The notes under the pieces: model-generated
Told to the model about the DNA's origin: nothing
The model's database searches: none
What the model saw: only the letters and a program-made list of their open reading frames with translations
Translations under genes and position numbers: made by a program
Shown: one piece after another, positions 36,801 to 48,900 of the stretch
Numbering within the stretch: the first letter of the stretch is position 1
Layout of the letters: every line of letters begins with the position of its first letter
Assembly: GCF_964204645.1 (NCBI RefSeq)
Contig: NC_134028.1
Span: forward strand, 27,028,345-27,092,344
Length of the DNA: 64,000 nucleotides
From: Tubulanus polymorphus
Taxonomy: Eukaryota; Animalia; Nemertea
Direction of reading: 5' to 3'

Positions 36801-39681
36801 TATGAGATATTTTACCTATAGACGACGTGTAGTCATAGTATCAGTGGTCATCTTCATTTCATATATTATAAACATCTATTCAATGAGTGATCAAATACTA
36901 ATCTATCAGTTTCATTTTCGTAAATATAATGAAACATTCACTGAATTCAGATGCACAGAGTTATATGTGTTATACCATCATCAAGTGGCGGCTGTAACAA
37001 TGTTAACCATATTTTTTCAAGAGATATTTCCAGCCGTTGTAATCGTCATAGTATCAATTATAACTGGTTTATCGCGTACGAGGAAATCTATGATGTTGAT
37101 CAGACAGGGAGCTGAACGGTTTAAATCATCAACCAGTAAAACACTTCTTGTTGTTATTTTAGTTTACATAATTTGTGTTTTACCAAACACAGTCGCTAAA
37201 TTTATGCATAACTTAAACACTTTTCTCGACTATTCTCTCTGGAGGAACCATGGTATAATTCTAGTGCATTCTGGATCTCGTATTATTGGATATTTTTACC
37301 TTTTAAACTTGTGGCGAGGTTTAGAACATATATTCTATGGACTTCGGTACGTCTTGTTCTGCGCAAACTTTTTCATATACGTCACAACAATGAAAGTTTT
37401 TAGACAACAATTTAAGAAACTGTTCTATTTTAAGACTGGGTCTTGTCATTAAACCTAATACAGCAGCGGATGATCAAATGACTTCTTCACTAAATTCATT
37501 CATGACTTCCTTAAAATTAAAGGAGTTTCAAAGAATTTTCTCTAATTTAGTCGATTAAGCAGTGTTTGAAAAACCTCTTCATTCTAAAACACTTTAAATT
37601 CTAGAGCGATGAATTCTTGCTGAAAAACTTGCTTGCGAATGGTAAATTGTTGGTGAAAAACACCGTGGTTTTATGTTGTGTATCAATAATTACGGGTAAC
37701 AGTGCCAGATCCATGAGGTCCATGGGGGTTCCATGGACACTTCAAGTAAAAATGTGGAAATCCCTTTAAGTTCTGTGCTTCCTGACTGAACAATGAACAA
37801 AATTATTATTGAACAACTGAAAAAATACCTAACTTTCATTCTGGTAATTACAGGTGTTTTACTAATTCAAGAAGATCTAAGAAATCAACATGCGAGTGAA
37901 AAACGAAATTACAACAAAGCTTAGAAAAAGGCCCTAAGTAAACACTGCCCTTTCCTGGATCCATCCCCGGGTAATCAATGTACATTACAAACCAAAGTAC
38001 AAAAAACAACATTATTAACAAGTTACGTGTATTATTGGTATTTCGGAATTGTCACTGATCACAAATGAGTAAAATTTGAATTTGAATCCCACGTTTGATC
38101 TGTGTAAGTCAGACCTCCCCAATTCCTATAGAATCATCTAAATCAAATGATGTCGAAATAGCTGAAGTAAATATTAAGCATCAAACTCGGCTATCACTGT
38201 CGAGTCATTTCCATAGACATAAAAGGCTAAAATAGAATGATACCTTGTTCTCCTAATAAACCAGGTCAACTGCAATATTTGTAAAAAGTTCATTTCTGCC
38301 TGATCTGTCAAGGTAAGCTCGACTATTTAGTTAAAATAAAAGTAATGTACAGAGTAGATAGGCGACCGGCCGGGTCAACTTTAAAGCTCACCAGAAATGA
38401 GAAACAAGGTATTGATTTTTCTAGCCTTCTAAAACATGCTTCTCTCTCACCTGATAACAGCATTGCCACCAGTCAAACCAAGCTGTTTCAGACTTGTACG
38501 TTTCAAAGCATCTTCACCAATTACCTAAATAAATGCACAAAGTTTTAAATCAATACACCAAGTTTTAAATCAATACATCAAGTTTTAAATCAATACATCA
38601 AGTTTTAAATCAATACATCAAGTTTTAGATCAAATATAACACGATGAAGACTTGAGAGATTAAGAGAACATTACAAACCTCTTCTCTCATGTAAGTACAA
38701 ACTGGATGCATCGACTGTGATTGACTGTAAATAATAATAATTCATATTCATAAAATTGATAAGAAAATGAAGTCAGTCTCAGTTGATACCACCGCGGGTA
38801 TCAATTTACAGCTGGCCCATGCAAACCCCTCATCCTGGAAACCTGGAGCTGATCCAGGGGCTGACTTGATGTTCTTCAAAATTAGCTCCTCTGTGCAGGT
38901 GGATTCACTTATTACTTTTTGGAAATCTAAGTGCACTTTTAGGATGTGACAAATCCTTCAAAATTGGCCTCTGGGTCCCGCCCTACAGACTGTGTGTTGA
39001 GCAATTCCCTTGAGACATTTTTTAAGATTAACTACAAACACTGAGACATTGGTTCCATGCTGCATATTGATACCTGTGTATAGGGGAGTTAAATGATTGT
39101 ATCTATTCTTACGATGCTGGTGCTGCTGCTGCTGCTGGTGCTGCTGCTGCTGGTAGTCTATGTTTATCATGATGATTCAGTATTGTCCACAGTGATGTTG
39201 ATGGATTAAACCGATGCTGTAATCGTTCTCCAGACTCGAGCTGTAAACCGATAGTAACAGCCGTCTCGGATCTCGGCTTTGCTGATTTTACTAATTCTAA
39301 CTTGGCATTATTCGTTATATTTGAGAATCGAAAGTGTAAAGTGACGTCTACGACGGTGCGACCGTGTCTGTAATTAATTCAACATTGCTAACTAATTCTG
39401 TTTTGTAAGTTAAAGAGTTCCATAGTAATTTCTACTCAAACTTACTTTAGTTCATATTCTTCCGAAGGTAGGAAACCTTGTTTTTTACAAACCTCCTCTA
39501 AAACCTACAAACAATATAAATATAGCCAAATACACGAATGTAGATTATGTTAAACCACTAATGGTGTTGTTATGTCTGTTACGGTGTAAATTGATCCTAC
39601 CTGCAGTAATGTTGTATTAGGAGTAACTTTTACAGTTTGACGTCGACCGTTTGGACATAAAACCTGTACACTTGACATCAT
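30879..39681 (-). CDS. ASPSCR1: Tether containing UBX domain for GLUT4 (TUG/ASPL/UBXD9), about 650 aa
   Basis: 17 phase-consistent exons: 39601-39681, 39446-39504, 39113-39367, 38679-38724, 38451-38524, 35221-35809, 35002-35076, 34842-34888, 34366-34448, 33311-33401, 33048-33196, 32508-32570, 32325-32377, 32028-32076, 31859-31934, 31159-31313, 30879-30886. Motifs: VQVLCPNGRRQTVKVTP, FRFSNITNNAKLEL, SLKQLGLTGGNAVIR, DLPDEFFEVT, IRIQFPDRMVLQGMF, YTTPP, LVPASIVHF, KLPKWLKLGK. Confidence 0.95.
31440..31498. other. Near-perfect 28-bp stem hairpin with 3-nt loop
   Basis: AAATGCATAAAGCAATTGGTAGACACTA-ATC-TAGTGTCTATCAATTGCTTTATGCATTT, one mismatch. Confidence 0.9.
32607..32861. repeat. 19-bp minisatellite, at least 10 copies
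   Basis: GATAACTGTTTAA(CT/TG)CAG(A/T) units. Confidence 0.9.
33428..34087. repeat. 33-bp minisatellite, about 20 copies, intronic
   Basis: GGAGGAGGGG(T/A)GTGGCTAGTATATCAATCAATT with variant units. Confidence 0.95.
34488..34802. repeat. 9-bp repeat ACCAGCAGT, about 34 copies, intronic
   Basis: Tandem ACCAGCAGT/ACCCGCAGT/ACCAGCACT. Confidence 0.9.
36262..37452 (+). CDS. Intronless rhodopsin-like (class A) GPCR, peptide-receptor-like, 396 aa
   Basis: ATG at 36262 (MNNIST, N-glycosylation sequon); seven hydrophobic segments; GSVFNILTIIVL (TM1), YLISLAFAE (TM2), SLAVERFVSIRFP (TM3), EIFPAVVI (TM5), YIICVLP (TM6), CANFFIY + FRQQFKKLF (TM7, helix 8). Confidence 0.9.
   Translation: MNNISTIVTTTTRYATIPAFITAFRSFSRNVYWFNQKVCALLVFPLGSVFNILTIIVLIKCRRYQSVRYTFPYLISLAFAELIVVLFELSLFPNRLRYVLVDYKLYPHICEDTYMTEARHSKLCSSLYYYYYYFEYLPKKWIPKCLLLTILYKQAVSISHYIVVSLAVERFVSIRFPFFHMRYFTYRRRVVIVSVVIFISYIINIYSMSDQILIYQFHFRKYNETFTEFRCTELYVLYHHQVAAVTMLTIFFQEIFPAVVIVIVSIITGLSRTRKSMMLIRQGAERFKSSTSKTLLVVILVYIICVLPNTVAKFMHNLNTFLDYSLWRNHGIILVHSGSRIIGYFYLLNLWRGLEHIFYGLRYVLFCANFFIYVTTMKVFRQQFKKLFYFKTGSCH
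38541..38632. repeat. 20-bp repeat, about 4.5 copies
   Basis: AAGTTTTAAATCAATACATC tandem. Confidence 0.9.
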
Positions 39682-39937
39682 TAAACTTTAGCTGACTCCC
39701 TCCACTGAAAATTCGAAAAATTTGAACTTATTTTAGTGACTTTTACTTCTTTTCAGGGCATTTGAGGACTTCGTTATAAGTCATGGCAGCTGTGAAACTA
39801 TGATACATAATACTAAATAATGTTTTAAAGCGAATGGACTCTTTCGCTTTCGACATTTTGTTGTGAGGACTGCGACTGGTGTGGGTGAAACCAATTTCAA
39901 GAGCTTACTAAGACCAACAATTTGATATCTAGCGACG

Positions 39938-40238
39938 ATGCTAGGGCCAAAGTACCAAAATTCCGGAATTTAGAACGGGGGTCTGAAAAATTCTCCCCCA
40001 GAAGAAATTTTGCGTTTTTGCATCGCCGGAGATGCAGTATCACGATCGGCATCTTTCATCTGAAAATACGACGGCAGACATTCGTTGTGCTTCACATCCC
40101 TCGCTGCCTTCTTATGCCGCGCGCTATCCCGGTGACGAAGAATATCTTTTTTCCAATTCCAGCCACTACCGTATTTGACCTGGTCTTATTGACATCGGCG
40201 ATCCTAAATTTCCGGATATTTCCGGAAAACTAGCATCT
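39938..40238. mobile_element. Possible MITE in the ASPSCR1/OGFOD3 divergent region
   Basis: GATGCTAG..AAATTCCGGAATTTAG at left and CTAAATTTCCGGATATTT..CTAGCATC at right form imperfect inverted ends. Confidence 0.4.
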
Positions 40239-41594
40239 CTCTGATCTAGGCTTCTACCTCTACTAGGCTGACTGGGGGATGACCGTTTGATCAAATTTGT
40301 CATATTAGAAAAAGCACTTCAGCGTAGTATTTGAAGTTAAATAAAGTTATGAATTGAATTGGAAGTGTCCCGGCCTCTCTCATCTGCTGCTGGTTGAGTC
40401 GTGAGTGAGTTTTACTCGACTCATGTTTACTGCCAATAGTAGGCTAGGCCTACACAGACATGAATCGACAAAGCTTCCACTTGTCTTAATTAAAGGCAGT
40501 AAATCAAGAAAACGTACCCGAAAAACAAAAAAAATTCGTCGTAAATCGACCGAAGCGCCGCCTACTAGTGTATAGTAAACGTAAATAGCGGATACCGGAC
40601 TAAGGTGTGGCACTGCTTCGGATTTAGTTTTCTTTCTTATTCTCAATCGATTTCTCATATTGTAATCATTTATCTTTCTCTTATTTTCCATAATATTATT
40701 GTATATATTTCAATCCTTTTGTGTTAGGTCTATACATGTAGCGATGAAATCAAAGTACCGTACAATTTGTATCCCCAAATCTCAGTCCGCCGTTTATAGT
40801 TACCTCAAAGTGTTCGATAAGGTGCATCGTAGTTTATGTTCCGTCGGCGTCAGTAAATCAACAACGTCTTCATTAACTGAACATTTAGATAGTTTACATA
40901 GAAATCGTTTGTGGTAAGCGGGTCTGCGAGGACTTGGTTTAACCTGTCGCCGTTTTCTCGGCCTCTAACTAAACCTAGGAACCACTAACAACAGTAGAGT
41001 TGCCACAACGACGTCAACGGGCCCGCTCTGCTCTAGCCTCTGTGTAAAACGGCCTTTCACACCGGCATCCTCACTTGCCACAATCAACCATCATGGCCAG
41101 GCCCAGGGTTTGATTAGATTAGCTCATGCCAAAACAAATCCTTGCCACAGACCCTTCACTGGTCTATTACACCAAGATTTCTAGGCCTAACCCTATTTCA
41201 TGAGATCCATCTTTGACTGGATCCACCTGGTTCTGGACGGACGGTCGATTCAGGCATCACCTGCCGATCAGTTCCGGCGTATGAGCAGCCTGCGCTCATA
41301 GACTAATAAACCAAACGCTCCCTGATTCCCTGCTGCCAAGTGCCTTATCAGGAGCTTAAAACTATAAATACAGATACAGATAAACAGACAGATTCGTTTT
41401 CCTTAAAAATGCTGCCCTTTTAGGATGGACCTTAAAGGTTGTGACGGTAGATACGCTCATAGTTCATGGCTTCCTGTGGCCGAGTTCAATACCAGTCCTA
41501 AAGTACCAGGAGTAACCAAGCAAGCCTGGGATTTTATTGAGTTCCTGCAAAATCGCTTTTCAAAATTTCTTAATTTTTTTTTGCATAGATAATA

Positions 41595-44330
41595 ATGAAG
41601 CATCATCAGTCTAGTGATACAGCAGGTGCAGGTGCAGCAGTCGTGGTACCGTCCAGTACCAGTAAACGCCGTAAGAAGAAAGCTGATACAGGTATCAGTG
41701 GTGCCAATGAGGAAACTACAGTGACTGCAGTAGATAGGTGAGACAATATCAGGACCCACATAACCACCTTTCAGCAATCTGTGCAGTTTCTATGAAACTC
41801 GAACCAGTTTTAGTTTTTGGTCAAATTCGAAAAAATTAATTCATTGTCAATGATTATAGAGTCAAATATTAAACTCATTGATCCCGGTGGAACTGTTGAA
41901 CCGGGCAGGACAAACCCAGACATTACCACTTTGAGCAGTGATTGTGGATGAACATAGCTGGTGGAGACAGCCACATTGTGCTGTTCTATGCTGGACTGAG
42001 AATCTGAAACTGAATCCATCTCTGCGGGGTCCTGTGGAACATGATCTCGTAGAACTGGATCCTGTTGAACTGTGGAACTGGGTCCTGGGGTCAAAATCTG
42101 ATTATAATTTTCATCCGTAGACGGAACCTAGTTATTTTGGGAAGTTTTGAAGTAGCTTCTTGATATTTCGTTTACACAGGTATCTTACCCTAAACACACC
42201 CGCTATAATTTCAATATTCTCTTTTACAGAAAAAATGGAGCTGCCGAAGTTAAAAAGAACGGGTTGTTGTCTGGTGCTGTGAGTTCGATGTCAATATTAC
42301 GAGTGTCTGTTATAGTTATATTCACAATCTCGTCGCTGATTTTCATATCGAATTTTTATACACAAATGAAATATCGAGATCTCGAATCAATCGCGAGAGT
42401 CGGAGAATTCTTTCGCAAGAAATCATTTTCCGTCACTTGTTCGAAAGACTACGTCGATGAGGCTTCTAAATTTCCGGGTAACAAAACGATGACTAATTTC
42501 ACGTGTCAAATTAACGATTTTGTCGATGATTTATTGTTTCGATTAAATCGTTTTTAGGCTGCGTTCCGAAGAACTGCGGCCGGTTTGTTATGGATGGTTT
42601 AGTTACTAAAGAAGAAATAAAAAGACTGGCGAATATCGCTAAAAAAGGACTTGCTCTCGGAGGATCAAGCGGAGGGGTAGGTGTTTCAGGATCTCGGTGA
42701 ATTTTACTCTGTTTGATGTTCAAATTCTGTAAACAAATCCAAACGGATTTAGGTGGGAGCCTCTTGTAGTACAGAAAATTTGCAGCCTCAATTGAAAATT
42801 CTATAATCATTTGTTTTCTCATCTTAGGCTTCAATAATGGACCTTCATTCCGGGGCATTGTCAAAAGATGATAAATTCGTTGATATTTATAAGTGAGTTG
42901 AAATATGATGTTTATAAACTGTTCAGTCTTCATGAGCGCCAGGAAAATGAATAAATCCAGTTGCTCTAATGTTGGTCAAAGTAAAAACTGACGATCAAAC
43001 TGTATTTTGACCAGGTGCCAGTTTCTTTGTGAAGTTTTTTTTTCTAAATTTTTACTAATTAGGATTTACAAAACAATTACATGTTTAAAGGATATTATTA
43101 GCAGTAAAACATTTAACATTGTGTACATATGAACAACTTTCAACTGCAGAGTTTAATTTTTCAGGTTGATGAAAACCAAAAAGAACAAACCGTTCAATGA
43201 AGATGATTTACAGTTGTATAAGTGAGCAATGAATTCAACCTTGTTCTTTGTGTTACATAAAAACTGCATTCACTAAAATTGATATAACATTCTTTTCGAT
43301 TATTTTAGGAGAATTCGTAGTAAAATACAGTTTAATATCGCGGAAGCGTTTGGAATTCCGCACAATAAACTCTACCTGACGAAACCAACTTTCTTTTCTC
43401 GAATGACGACTAAGTCGGCGAAAACAATCCACGATGAATATTGGCACGTTCACTCTGATAAGGTAGAATTTTATTACAATCGAACTCGTTTAGTGGAAGT
43501 ATTTTTTCCAGTCATGAATTCTGCTTGAAATTTTAATTTTTGCCTTTCGTTCATTTCTACTTAAATCATCCACTGCTAGCGGCCACTTTGGCTTTAAGTT
43601 TTACCGGTACAGATTTGAGGATTTATTTTACATTCACTTACAGTAGAGAGTGAAATGTTTTTATAACCCTACGACCAGTTTAAACGGATTAAGACCTAGT
43701 CTACTGTACATGTACTGTATAATGAATTGAATGAATTGTTTGATTTGTTGTTGCAGGAAACGTACGGTACATTTCACTATACGTCTCTGCTGTATTTAAC
43801 TGATTACGATAAAGATTTCACCGGAGGACGTTTTATATTCGTCGATAAATCGAAAAATATCACTATCGAACCTAAAAAGGGTGAGTTTTCACTGCTGTGT
43901 ATTCGACTATCATTAAACTGATCCAGTGCAGCTATCAATCTACAATATCGACGGGCTGAAGGTGATGGTGGTTGCGAGATAAAGGGGTGCTTGTAGGCTG
44001 TGGAGGGGTGCTTGCTGAAGTGTTTGAATGAGGAAGTGATTGGTTACAGGCTGAATGAGGTTGTACTGGTTGCAGGCTGAAAGGGTTGGTGCAGGCAGTG
44101 AGGAGATGGTTGATGTTTGTTACAGGTTACAGATTGATATCTGCATATAAATAATTAACTTGATGACTTTTTTTTAATTTTCTGTATTTTCAGGTCGTAT
44201 CTCGTTTTTCACGTCTGGTTCAGAGAATCTGCATCACGTAGAGAAGTTAGAATCAGGAACTCGTTATGCGATCACTGTCGCGTTCACGTGTGATTCTAGT
44301 AAAGCTATCGCTGATCCTGTTATGAGATGA
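41595..44330 (+). CDS. OGFOD3: 2-oxoglutarate/Fe(II)-dependent oxygenase domain-containing protein 3, about 348 aa
   Basis: Exons 41595-41737, 42230-42477, 42558-42676, 42828-42892, 43165-43221, 43309-43462, 43757-43880, 44194-44330. N-terminal TM anchor, GCVPKNCGRFVMD, GGASIMDLHSGALS, LYLTKPTFFSR, HDEYWHVHSDK (HxD), YTSLLYL, FFTSGSENLHHVE (distal H), GTRYAITVAFTC; AATAAA at 44708. Confidence 0.95.
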
Positions 44331-45067
44331 AGAATCTTTACTGTGAAAATATGCAATATGATGAAAATTATGTTCACATTTTTGTTCATATCAGAGTTTT
44401 TACTTTCAGAATCGAACTGCTTTCTTTTCTTTGACTGCTTGACCTTGGATAGAAACCTATTCGAGGTCGCTGCTGGTTTTCCATTTTCCTTTCTCCAGTC
44501 TTCTAAGATTTTGATTTTATTCTTGTCTTTGCTACTACTCTTATATATGATTTCAAAGTGATGAATTTTTAAAAAATTTTCTCAGTTTTTGGTTTGGTTT
44601 AAACTTAGTTTAACCTTTATGGAAATCGAGGGTCTAGTTATGTACCTAATTCTGTATGTATATTTAACGTACATAGTTCATGTATGCGCAGTATTTATGA
44701 GTTTTCTAATAAAATCACGTTTTTATGAATAATTTGTCGGAGTTTGATTTTTACGCTTTGTGGACCGCGATTACGGAGAACCTCGATATTACGACGCGGG
44801 TTTAACGATTTATCGGTGATTTCATAACCTAGAAATTCCCTAAATAGGACAATGAAACTGATTGTATACTGGAGGAGCAGGTCCACTGAATGTTAATGAG
44901 GTTAGTACTGTCGGATATGACGTCACGCTCATGGCATAGCGTGTCTCAGTCGAGCGCGACCACGCGTGTTTACCTGCGTCGCCGACTCGGTCCCAGTTCT
45001 GAGAATGACGTCCCCCACCCGTAACGTGACTGATCTTGTAGGCAATTAGTTTTTTGCTGACCTTTTT

Positions 45068-45153
45068 GGTACGGCCTGGAGTACCGGTACGGCCTGGAGT
45101 ACCGGTACGGCCTGGAGTACCGGTACGGCCTGGAGTACCGGTACGGCCTGGGG
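45068..45153. repeat. 18-bp repeat GGTACGGCCTGGAGTACC, about 4.7 copies
   Basis: Direct tandem units between the convergent OGFOD3 and polycystin 3' ends. Confidence 0.9.
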
Positions 45154-45975
45154 TACAGCGCGAACCGCAGATTTTGTTTTCTGAAAATTCATTTTTCGAA
45201 TGCGGACTTTACGTTTCCATCCATTCCCTCGGTGCAGCTCGAAACGGGCTGCCACGACGCCAACAGGTTCGAATCCGTGCACGATTTCACGATTGAATAC
45301 TAGGGCCGAGGAATTCCATCATGAAGCCCGATATGGTCATCTGCCCACCACGCGGTGTTCTTGGTAAATATGAGGGGAAACAACAGTAAATCAAAACTGT
45401 CTCTCAGTGGACGGTAGTTTTATTCATTGTGACCAATATATCAAATCTATCTACACTAAATCACAGATCTGCCCGGAAAGGCTTTATGTGCGTCACCACA
45501 ACATATTTAAATAGCACAAAAATATAGTCGCCTACACAGAATATTCTACATTTTGAAAGTTAATGATTTCGACTACACAATTAAGTACATTTCACTACAA
45601 GCAAAATATAGAAAACCAGTTCCACAGTTGTCTGTTGAAAGATGGGATGGGAATTCCGTACTGTACGGTCTATAGAACTGGTGGCAGATCCTGTAGTTTT
45701 ATTTCTGTCGAAATTTTCTTATTTTATTTCTGCTAAAAAGTTTTCAATGATTCCTTGATGTGCATCGCATGTGTGTAGATCGTCCTTGTGACGCGATGAC
45801 CACGTGCCCGAAGCTACCAGTTGCAACCGATCACGTGGCAGGTTGACCCTGGCACGATTGGGCTACAACTACATCAACTAAACTAAGGAGTGATTTTTGT
45901 GATACGTATTGAATGTCTAATGATAAATACCACTATATTCTATTAGGGTCTGACTTGACTGTGTTTGTGTTTTTA

Positions 45976-48900
45976 CTATTTCTGCACGGTTTCATTCGGT
46001 TTCAAATGATCAGATTTGCACTTTCTCATCGATGTATATTCAGTTTCCTGTAAGAGCACATCCGCTTTATCCACATCCACCGGTGGATTTATATAGTTAT
46101 CCAGGAACGTCAGCAGTTTCTCGATTCTCTCTTCAAATTCTTCAAAGTTATCGTTACCTGATGAATAAATAGAATACGAGATGGGTTTGGATGACGTTAT
46201 AGAAAGGATGCATTAGTGCAGGACCTGTAAACTCCACCCTACTCCGGGGTAATCCGCCCAATAGTCGGTGGTGAAATTTACTAGATTCTATTTCAAAAAC
46301 CCTGATTCTCAGCTCGGTGAAATATTTACAGCAGTTCAAGTGATATTGAGTAAGGCAGAGTTTACTGAAAATAGATCTCGGAAAAATCCACACAAAACTG
46401 ACCTTCGACGTAATGTTCATAAGTATATTCATTATTGTCACCAGAGGTCATGTTTGCAGTCCTTCGACCAGGACCAGTTTTACCAACGAATGTTTTAAAC
46501 CGTTTCATGATGTAATCAACTATTTCGTACTCATTCGATTGTTTTAGTAAATCTTGTTTCACGACGTAGTAAGATTCCATAATCACCTGAATAAAACAAG
46601 AGAACATGCAACACCAGAACGCCGTATACTACGCCTCGTCAGCCAGAAACCTGCAGCCAACTCAGCCTGAACCCTACACCCTAATCCACCTGGACTCTGC
46701 ATCCTCTCGACTTCTTGACCATGCGCCTCCTCGGTATGATCCCAATCAGTCTGGACCCTGAACCTTGGACCCCTCGCCTTGTCCCCCTCAGACTGGACCC
46801 GCACCCCTAGTCTTGACCATGCCGCCAGACTCCCTCACCTCGCATCCCCTCAGATATCCAAAACCTACCACAATTCGTATCAGTGTTCAGAACACTTTCA
46901 AAAACTGATCGCACGCATACAAATAATGGTGAATGTCTGTGAAGGGAGTCGTGCATGATTGCATGATTCTTGAGAGTTACAAGTAATATACATGATATAT
47001 ACAATGCATAATGCGAGTTTTAAAACAATTGATATTTAAACTTACGGATATGAAGAAATTCATGAGTACAAACGTCACCAAGACGGTAAAAAAGAAGAAA
47101 AACACTGGACCAAACACCGGTGAACCCTTCTCAAACGATTTATAGTCAAACTTATCTGAAGTAAACAATATTAGAATCGGGAATATTTTCTCAAACGTGA
47201 ATATTCTTATCGTTTAACCGCTACTTACTGAGTAACATTACAAATAACGTCTCCATCGTCCGAACTGTAGATTTGAAGCCGGATAAATCAGCGCTGAACA
47301 ACAATAAGGCGAGTTGCACGAAGGCGAAAAATACGATAGAAAACATGATCAAAAAGTTGAAAATCGGTTTCACCGAATTCCTGATTACACTCGATAACAT
47401 CGAGACTTTTTTGTTGAATCGCAGCAATTTGAGAATTTTGATCGTACTGAAGAACGCCACGAACGCGCAGATATAAGTGTATGTCTGGAATATAGAAATC
47501 AAAGAGAGAGAGAGAGTAGGATACTAGAATATCGGTGAAATACTGCATTCTCGACGCGAAATTCAAGATGATTTAATCGTTTATTAAGATTATTCATATA
47601 TTACAGTAGACTGCGCATGCCTCGATTATATCGCGGGGACCAATACATTCTCTCATAAGCCACGCAAACTTCAAAACAGTTGGAGCGGGGATAGGTTTTT
47701 ACTAGGATTAATTGGAGTAAGAAAATGTGTAATTTATTATCCGGGGTAGGCGATCAACTCCGGGGTAAACGACACTTACCTCTTCCATTAGAACGATGTA
47801 TTGAAAGTTAACGTATCTGTGTTTGTTTTTGTTCACTTGGTTCGTAATGATTTTACTGGCGGCGAATCTCACGAAATACAACACAATCACAACGATATAG
47901 AAAATCACTAACAACAATTCCAATATGTTGAAATATTCCTACAAGATAAATCAGTAAAAAGACAATTAGAATGCGAGTGAGAAGTGTACAATCACGGGCG
48001 GATCCCGCGGAGCAATATAGGTCTTGGAGAAATGCCATGGCGAGTACCAGAGACTCTCCGTATAAAACAGGATCAGAGCTGCGCATCAAGACAGTCATAT
48101 TTAGTGCCTTACGCGGATGTTACACTTAATTGAGTTGAATAATCTTACGCGCTTTGATGAAAATTTCTTAAGATATAATTTTTCTTTATGGTGGCTGATT
48201 TGGGCGAAATCTGTTAACTACATGCAGGTGCCAAAACACTAAACTGGAAATCAATACCGTAGACCTATAAAAGACACACCAGAAATGTATCGAATAATCC
48301 ATTTTTACAAACGAAAATGGCCGCTTTAACATTTTTAGCGAAGTTTGATTTAACGCCGTCGCCAAAACGAACAGGAAAATCATTTTGGCGGCCTTTTTGT
48401 GTGTTTTGGCGCGGTCATTTTTGTTTTGACACCCAAATCAGCCACCATACTCCTTACATTGAGAATTGTAGTTGAACGATATAATTATTAAGTACGGATA
48501 CCTTGAAATACGGTCTTTTGATTTTACACATGACTTTGATTTCGTTGACCATATAATAAATCATGAAAATAGCGACGAGAATTTGAAGCGCGACGACTGC
48601 GTACAGCGACGGTCCGGTCACCATTCCTAACCGCAAAGTGTGGAACATAGGTCGAGGTACGATACCTACAATTAGTCATAGAAAGGGTAAAATATTATTC
48701 AGATCTCACCGACACAAACGGAAAATAATTGGTTTCTCATTTCTCTGGAGGTTTAAAGTTTATCCAGCCGGCCGCCTTAATATACCCTGTACATTACTTT
48801 TTTTAAATGAACTGATTTTTAATCGCAGTTTACAAAATGGCCCTACTGATTAGGAGAAACAAGATATGATTCTTTTTAGCCTAAAATGTAATGTTTACGT

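Noticed and set aside
40423-40917. Short + strand ORFs as the OGFOD3 first coding exon
   Set aside because: Splicing the MKSKY.. exon to 42230 creates a stop; exon 41595-41737 fits in phase. The region may hold untranslated exons.
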